Positions 45,599 to 50,776 of a stretch of DNA of 50,776 nt are shown here, piece after piece. The DNA is from Defluviitaleaceae bacterium (lineage in GTDB: Bacteria; Bacillota; Clostridia; Lachnospirales; WRAX01): assembly GCA_009780415.1 (NCBI GenBank), contig WRAC01000017.1, positions 1 to 50,776 of the forward strand, in the 5' to 3' direction. The notes below the pieces were generated by a model. It was not told the origin of the DNA. It did not search any database and saw only the letters and a list, made by a program, of their open reading frames with translations. The translations under genes and the position numbers were made by a program. Position 1 is the first letter of the stretch; each line of letters opens with the position of its first letter.

Positions 45599-47113
45599 TT
45601 ATTGTTCTTTCTTCTCCACTATCTCCGGCTCTTCCGTAACCGGTGCGCCGCTTAGAAAACCGGGCAAACTTAGCCCCGTCATGTTCAGCAGATCGTTAAG
45701 CGGCGGAAGGGACTTCATCAAACCGCTGGCAAAACCCGCTGCCGCATTCTTTTCGCCGCCGCCGTCCCACACTGTGACCTTGTCGATCTTGAGGTTCTTG
45801 ATGGCCTCGACCTGCGTTTTTACAAGGTTCTCCAGCTTGTCGGCAATCATCATCTTCACGGCTGTCTCGGCATTGCCGTCAGCCGCTTCCATGATTTTCA
45901 TAAGGCCTGCCGCCTGTTTTGTCAAGAGTTCCTCCGCGCCGCGCGCCTCGGCTTCCATGCGGGCAAAAGCGCCTTTGGCCTCGGCTTCGGCTTTTGACAG
46001 GCTCGCGTCCGCTTCACCTCGCGCAAGTTTACGCATTTTTTCCGCGTTGGCTTCAGCGGCCTTGGATTCAACCTCCACGCGGATAAGCACAACGTCCGCT
46101 TCGGCGCGGGCTTGGCGGCGCTGCTTTTCCGCATTTGCTTCGGCGTCGATTTCTATACGGCGTTTATCAATTTCAGCTTTTACGATTACATCGGCTTCCA
46201 TAAGGGCCTGTTCGCGTTTAGCGCGGGCAAGCTCCGCTTCCTGCTGGGCGGCGTAGCTTTCCTCAAGCGCCTTGGCTTCGGCGACGCGTTCGGCGACAAT
46301 AGCCTTGCGGTTGGCTTCGGCTTCGCTTTCACGGCGCATGGCGTCTGTTTTGGCGATTTGCATCTGTGCCTCGTTTACGCCTTTAACCGCCTCGGCGTTC
46401 GCGCTGGCGACCTGTATGCGCTGGTCACGTTCGGCGTTTGCCGCGCCTATATTACCGTCCCTATCCTTCTCGGCAACGCTTATCTTCGCGTCGTTTATGG
46501 CTTTTGCCGCGGCTTCCTTGCCAAGCGCCTCAATATATCCCGACTCGTCCGTAATATCCGTCATATTAACGTTTATAAGTCTTAGGCCGATTTTCTTCAA
46601 TTCGCTTTCAACGTTATGGGAAACCGCGGATAAAAATTTGTCCCTGTCGGTATTTATTTCCTCAATATCCATGGTGGCGATAACAAGCCTCAGCTGTCCG
46701 AAGATAATATCCCGCGCAAGGTCCTGTACCTCCGCCGATTTAAGCCCCAGCAGCCTTTCCGCCGCGTTCTGCATAACCGTCGGCTCCGTCGAGATACCTA
46801 CCGTAAATTTGCTGGGCACGTCAACCCTGATATTCTGCCGCGACAGCGCGCCCTTTAAATCCACGCCAATCGAGATCGGCGTCAGATCCAGATACTGGTA
46901 GCTTTGTATAACGGGCCAGATAAAAGTCGCGCCGCCGTGCAGGCACTTTGCCGCGATACTCCCGCCCGGCTCCTTCACGCGCCCGTAAATGACCAAAACC
47001 TTATCCGACGGGCATTTCCTGTACCTCGATAAAATAGCCGCCGCAACGCTGAAAAACACGCCGACAATAATAAATACCCAAATCAATAACATTGTGCCTC
47101 CGGACATTGACAT
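45599..47113 (-). CDS. floT: Flotillin (SPFH/band-7 domain, FloT/YuaG-like) with Ala/Glu-rich coiled-coil
   Basis: An N-terminal TM helix, an SPFH domain, and a long EA-repeat coiled coil (AEANAEKQRRQARAEAD). Architecture matches B. subtilis FloT. Confidence 0.8.
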   Translation of the reverse strand: MSMSGGTMLLIWVFIIVGVFFSVAAAILSRYRKCPSDKVLVIYGRVKEPGGSIAAKCLHGGATFIWPVIQSYQYLDLTPISIGVDLKGALSRQNIRVDVPSKFTVGISTEPTVMQNAAERLLGLKSAEVQDLARDIIFGQLRLVIATMDIEEINTDRDKFLSAVSHNVESELKKIGLRLINVNMTDITDESGYIEALGKEAAAKAINDAKISVAEKDRDGNIGAANAERDQRIQVASANAEAVKGVNEAQMQIAKTDAMRRESEAEANRKAIVAERVAEAKALEESYAAQQEAELARAKREQALMEADVIVKAEIDKRRIEIDAEANAEKQRRQARAEADVVLIRVEVESKAAEANAEKMRKLARGEADASLSKAEAEAKGAFARMEAEARGAEELLTKQAAGLMKIMEAADGNAETAVKMMIADKLENLVKTQVEAIKNLKIDKVTVWDGGGEKNAAAGFASGLMKSLPPLNDLLNMTGLSLPGFLSGAPVTEEPEIVEKKEQ

Positions 47114-47141
47114 CCACCTTTCATGATTAAATAACTTTCAT

Positions 47142-47528
47142 TTATTGATTAAACAGCTCCCGTTGATACTTTTTTGGGAGTTTGCTTGTTGCTGCCGCGT
47201 AAGAATGGTCTATCATTTCTATCAGCTCCTCACCGGTAACGGCGCCGTCAAGCGTTATCGTATTGAAATACGGCTGCTGCACGGGAGGGCAGTGGTATCC
47301 CCGAACAACCGTCCCGGGATACATGGAGCGGTAAAGTTCACCCATCATCATATCACAGTTCAGCGTCACAACAGGCTTCCCGCGGAGCATAAACAACTGC
47401 GCGAAAATGCGCCCCTTATCCTGTGACGGCGCTTTCACCTTCACAACCGCGCACTCAGGCCCGAACGGCCAATCCAAATACGCGCCGGGCTTGGCAAGGC
47501 AATAGTTTTCAATCTCGCTTAGGTTCAT
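47142..47528 (-). CDS. YjbR/MmcQ-family protein
   Basis: Reads MNLSEIENYCLAKPGAYLDWPFGPECAVVKVKA, matching the YjbR N-terminus. ATG 47528 is preferred. The track's extension to 47573 overlaps the upstream gene. Confidence 0.65.
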   Translation of the reverse strand: MNLSEIENYCLAKPGAYLDWPFGPECAVVKVKAPSQDKGRIFAQLFMLRGKPVVTLNCDMMMGELYRSMYPGTVVRGYHCPPVQQPYFNTITLDGAVTGEELIEMIDHSYAAATSKLPKKYQRELFNQ

Positions 47529-47889
47529 TTTTATCTTTCTTAAAACGACCGCCCATAACTTGAATAGCGCCATAGATGCAGAATCCGGCTACGGCAAGGG
47601 CAGCGACGGTAAATGCGGCGGTTAAAAACGTATATCCCTCATCCAAAAATAAAAAAATCACAGAGAAGCTTATAATCGCCGACGCGGGAAGCAGGATAAC
47701 CTTTCCGATGAATTTATTCATCGCAATTACATCATATTCCTCCCTGAACTTGTCCTTGTCTTCTTTTGGTAAAAAGATATATCCAGAAAGAAAAATCCTG
47801 TTACTGCCTTTCATACAAACAGCCGCCATAATCCATAATCCCAGACTGGTTATAAGGAGAGCAAGCGCTGCGGCAATGTTTGCAGTCAT
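47509..47889 (-). CDS. Small membrane protein (3-4 TM), unknown function
   Basis: 126 aa, hydrophobic segments, with a basic C-terminus KKDKNEPKRD. Confidence 0.5.
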   Translation of the reverse strand: MTANIAAALALLITSLGLWIMAAVCMKGSNRIFLSGYIFLPKEDKDKFREEYDVIAMNKFIGKVILLPASAIISFSVIFLFLDEGYTFLTAAFTVAALAVAGFCIYGAIQVMGGRFKKDKNEPKRD

Positions 47890-48563
47890 TAGTTTTCACG
47901 CCCTTTGCCCGCTCCGGGCATTGTAATTACGGCGTCGGCGGGTTCCACCACCAGCACGCCCTCACGCAGGATATCCGTTACGCGTACGGTCTGGCCAGTG
48001 CCGATGGGCGAACCGTCCTCCGTTACCGCGTCGCATTCGCGGAACGCGCCGTTTATGGTTACATTGACTTTGCCCATGCCGCCGTCGCCGGGTATGCGCA
48101 GATAAACCACGGCAAGGCTGCCAAGCGCCGTGCGGTAGTCCATTTTACCTATGGACGAAAGCCCCATCAGCCACTGGATAAGATAAGCTATGCCGACCAT
48201 CGCGCCAAATCCGCAGACCGCCGCGATAAGGCTTGCAAGCACAGGGGGCAGCAGCAGCTCTATGCACAATACCCCCGTCCAGCCAGCAACGGTTAGAAAC
48301 GCGACAACACCGCGTGTTGTGACAAACCTAAGCCCCTGCGCCCCCGATTCGCTGTCGCCGCCGTCACCGTTGTCAGAACCCATGCCGCCGTCGCCGCCGT
48401 CCTCAACACCTGAAATCTCCGAATCCATGCCTACCCCGTGCGAACTGCCATCAGTTCCGAAGAACAGCATTACCGTCTGTATCAGCATAATTAACGTTGA
48501 GGGCAGCGCAATAAAGAAAAATATCTGCTGCATAATATGTAGATTCTCAAACCAAGCAGACAT
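47889..48563 (-). CDS. NfeD-family membrane protein (flotillin-associated, C-terminal OB-fold)
   Basis: N-terminal TM helices. A Gly/Asp-rich linker (GGDGGMGSDNGDGGDSESG). A C-terminal OB-like domain (MGKVNVTINGAFRECDAV...GQTVRVTDI). Confidence 0.65.
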   Translation of the reverse strand: MSAWFENLHIMQQIFFFIALPSTLIMLIQTVMLFFGTDGSSHGVGMDSEISGVEDGGDGGMGSDNGDGGDSESGAQGLRFVTTRGVVAFLTVAGWTGVLCIELLLPPVLASLIAAVCGFGAMVGIAYLIQWLMGLSSIGKMDYRTALGSLAVVYLRIPGDGGMGKVNVTINGAFRECDAVTEDGSPIGTGQTVRVTDILREGVLVVEPADAVITMPGAGKGREN

Positions 48564-48645
48564 AAACAGTCACCCCGATATGTAAGTTTTAATTACTTTA
48601 TTATACAACACAAATATCAGAATGTCAATTCTAAACATTTTATGG

Positions 48646-48674
48646 TTGAAAAACGTAAATATATATGTTATAAT
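48646..48674 (+). promoter_or_regulatory. Sigma-A promoter (TTGAAA-17-TATAAT)
   Basis: TTGAAA at 48646-48651, a 17-nt spacer, then TATAAT at 48669-48674, upstream of the XRE gene. Confidence 0.55.
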
Positions 48675-48717
48675 ATAGTAAGTATCAGTTACACTTGTTA
48701 TTTAAAGAAGGTATTTT

Positions 48718-49218
48718 ATGGGAGCAGGTTATAGCTTAGGCCAGCGCATCCGCGAGGTCAGGTTGCAAAAAAAGCTGACGCAGACCGATGTCGTCGGCGA
48801 TTATATGACGCGCAATATGCTGTCGAAGATCGAAAACGGCTCCGCCGCGCCGTCCGTACGGACGCTGGAGTTTTTAGCCGTGGCGCTGGACGTGCCGGTC
48901 AGTTATTTTCTGGACGGAAGCGACAGGGAGCCGGTAAACACCGAGCAGCTCCGCGAAATAGACGATCTGGCCTGTATGGTATTGGACTGCGAGGGAAAAA
49001 ATCTGCCGGCGCTTTCGCTGTGCATCCGGGCAAGGACAAGGCTGGCGGCGGGGCGGCCTGACGCGGCGCTTTCCATGATGGAGGGGGTTGACCCCGTGAA
49101 TTACCCGGAAGAAGTGCATAACGACATATACGCCGTGCTGGAGGACTGTTACAGGCTGAAAGGCAACTACAGGCTGGCATACGAATACGCGCTGAAACGG
49201 CTGGGGGAACATGCTTAA
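48718..49218 (+). CDS. XRE-family HTH transcriptional regulator with C-terminal helical (TPR-like) domain
   Basis: N-terminal HTH reads LTQTDVVGDYMTRNMLSKIENGSAAPSVRTLEFLAVAL. 166 aa. Confidence 0.75.
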   Translation: MGAGYSLGQRIREVRLQKKLTQTDVVGDYMTRNMLSKIENGSAAPSVRTLEFLAVALDVPVSYFLDGSDREPVNTEQLREIDDLACMVLDCEGKNLPALSLCIRARTRLAAGRPDAALSMMEGVDPVNYPEEVHNDIYAVLEDCYRLKGNYRLAYEYALKRLGEHA

Positions 49219-49247
49219 AGCGTTCCGATAACGTTAGGGAGGTACTC

Positions 49248-50642
49248 ATGAAACCATTTTTAAGCGATGATTTTTTATTGGATAACGAACTTGCGATTAA
49301 GCTGTACAACGAGATTAAAGGGCTTCCGATTCTGGATTACCATTGTCACCTTGACCCGGCTGAGATAGCGGAGGACAAGCGTTTTAAGAATCTTACGGAA
49401 ATATGGCTGGGCGGCGATCATTATAAATGGCGGCTTATGCGCGCGAACGGCGTATGCGAGGAGTACATAACCGGCGAAGCCGATGATTGCGATAAGTTTT
49501 ATAAGTGGGCCGAGACGGTAGAGGATTTGATCGGCAGCCCGCTGTATCACTGGACGCATTTGGAACTTCGGCGTTATTTCGGATATATGGGATGCTTGAG
49601 CGCGAAGACGGCAAAAGAGGTTTGGGAGCATTGCAACAGCGTTATCCAGGGCGCGGATTTTTCGGTGTGGAAGATATTGGAACGATTTAATGTTGAGGTA
49701 CTGTGTACGACGGATGACCCTGCCGACGATTTAAGATATCATATCAGTTTGGCAAAAAGCGGATTAAAAACAAAGGTTTTGCCTACATTCAGGCCATCGA
49801 AGGCCATGGCGGTGGATTCACCCGGTTTTCCCGCCTATACCGGCAAGCTTGCGGAGGTTTCGGGCGTTTCAATTTCTGATTATGAGACTTTAAGGGCGGC
49901 GCTTTATAAGAGGATTGAATTCTTTCATGAGGCGGGGTGCCGGGTATCGGACAATGCCCTTGACCCGCCGGTTTTTGAAGATTATGAGGACAGTGAGATA
50001 AATTATATTTGCATAAAGGCCTTAAACGGGGAATTACTTGAGAACGTTGAGATAAACAAGCTCAAGACTGCGCTGTTCGTGGACATGGGCCGGAAATACG
50101 CCGGGCTGGGCTGGGCGATGCAGCTGCATTTGAATGCCGCGCGCAGCAATAATCGGTTAATGTATGAAAAGCTGGGCCCGGATACGGGATATGATTCTAT
50201 TCTGGATGTGCCGGTGGCCGTTTCCGTAAACAAGTTGCTGGACAGCCTGGCAAAAACAGACTCCTTACCAAAGACTATCCTCTACAGCCTGAACCCCGCC
50301 GACGATGATGTAATCGGCACTCTGACCGGGAATTTCCAGGGAGGAGGCGTGCGTGGCAAGATTCAATTCGGTTCGGCATGGTGGTTCAACGACACTAAGT
50401 CCGGCATGGAAAAGCAGATGACCGTGCTTGCCAACACAGGCATGCTTGCGCGGTTTATCGGTATGCTTACGGATTCGCGGAGCTTCCTCAGCTACACAAG
50501 GCACGAATATTTCCGGCGTATAATGGTAAACTTGATAGCCGGATTTGCCTGGCGCGGCGAATTCCCCGGCGATTTCAACAAATTAGCCGCTATAGCCAGA
50601 AATATATCATATGGGAACGCAAAAGAGTATTTTTCATTCTAA
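49248..50642 (+). CDS. uxaC: Glucuronate isomerase (uronate isomerase)
   Basis: Contains the PILDYHCHL motif. The N-terminus MKPFLSDDFLLDNELAIKLYNEIK aligns with UxaC. 464 aa. RBS GGGAGG. Confidence 0.88.
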   Translation: MKPFLSDDFLLDNELAIKLYNEIKGLPILDYHCHLDPAEIAEDKRFKNLTEIWLGGDHYKWRLMRANGVCEEYITGEADDCDKFYKWAETVEDLIGSPLYHWTHLELRRYFGYMGCLSAKTAKEVWEHCNSVIQGADFSVWKILERFNVEVLCTTDDPADDLRYHISLAKSGLKTKVLPTFRPSKAMAVDSPGFPAYTGKLAEVSGVSISDYETLRAALYKRIEFFHEAGCRVSDNALDPPVFEDYEDSEINYICIKALNGELLENVEINKLKTALFVDMGRKYAGLGWAMQLHLNAARSNNRLMYEKLGPDTGYDSILDVPVAVSVNKLLDSLAKTDSLPKTILYSLNPADDDVIGTLTGNFQGGGVRGKIQFGSAWWFNDTKSGMEKQMTVLANTGMLARFIGMLTDSRSFLSYTRHEYFRRIMVNLIAGFAWRGEFPGDFNKLAAIARNISYGNAKEYFSF

Positions 50643-50776
50643 ATACGTTTTTATCACGGCAATCTAATTTAAAAAAAATACAAATCATGTTAAACTATCT
50701 CCTGGGTGATGGGAATGGAGATATTAAACAAGCTTCAAGAAGAAATGCAAGCAATAGAAAAAAACTCGAAGCATGA

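Noticed and set aside
45681-46901. Plus-strand ORFs 45681-46256 and 46272-46901 (Ala/Ser-rich)
   Set aside because: They are antisense to the flotillin EA-repeat coiled coil. The low-complexity reverse frame of GCN/GAN-rich codons explains them.
50714-50776. 20-codon ORF MEILNKLQEEMQAIEKNSKH at the window edge
   Set aside because: A plausible RBS (GGGTGATGGGA) is present, but the ORF is very short and ends exactly at the window end, so it cannot be evaluated. It is possibly real, but I cannot support it.

Overview
This 50.8-kb window looks like a chromosomal segment from a spore-forming Firmicute, probably a Clostridia-class anaerobe. It is about 50-55% GC, gene-dense, uses GGAGG-type ribosome-binding sites, and many adjacent genes overlap by the 4-nt ATGA motif. 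Recognisable content, left to right:
- The 5' part of an ABC ATPase gene, truncated by the window edge, then spoIIE and a class-I aminotransferase.
- A tyrosine-specific T-box leader in front of a tyrosine phenol-lyase/tryptophanase-family gene, convergent with a stand-alone TrpB2-type tryptophan synthase beta gene.
- An unusual three-gene unit: a protein resembling cyclic-2,3-diphosphoglycerate synthetase (a DUF1611-type P-loop NTPase), a degenerate ArgB-like kinase, and an ornithine carbamoyltransferase.
- An S51 peptidase, an EamA transporter, and a GNAT acetyltransferase.
- The conserved clostridial block of radical SAM (TIGR03960), DUF2344 and RNase G.
- A polysaccharide deacetylase and a gerA-gerB-gerC germinant-receptor operon with a sigma-G-like promoter.
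- prs and a lipoprotein alpha/beta hydrolase.
- A small basic ORF translationally coupled to an atypical ArsR-HTH protein with a proline-rich linker and internal repeats.
- Canonical mutS2 (with Smr domain) followed by a zinc-ribbon membrane protein.
- A DUF1540-like small protein divergent from an XRE regulator.
- An isochorismatase gene followed by oppB and oppC permease genes, with no cognate ATPase or binding-protein genes nearby.
- A PdaA-like lipoprotein deacetylase, aat, and a DagK-family lipid kinase.
- A second MutS2 paralog that lacks the Smr nuclease domain. It sits behind a long leader containing an 11-codon uORF, alternative hairpins, and a terminator that abuts its ribosome-binding site. 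It is tightly coupled to an ABC-2 ATPase and two ABC-2 permeases.
- An oligogalacturonide-type locus: an LplABC-like transporter plus two tandem GH4 hydrolases.
- A flotillin cluster in the order nfeD, small membrane protein, YjbR, floT.
- An XRE regulator and uxaC.
No CRISPR array, rRNA, tRNA, or mobile element was found apart from a decayed Uma2 endonuclease remnant.
The candidate I rank highest as a possibly undescribed system is the attenuator-controlled operon encoding the Smr-less MutS2 paralog and the ABC-2 transporter. Second is the unit of cPGS-like protein, degenerate ArgB and OTC. Third is the T-box(Tyr)-controlled TPL-family lyase.
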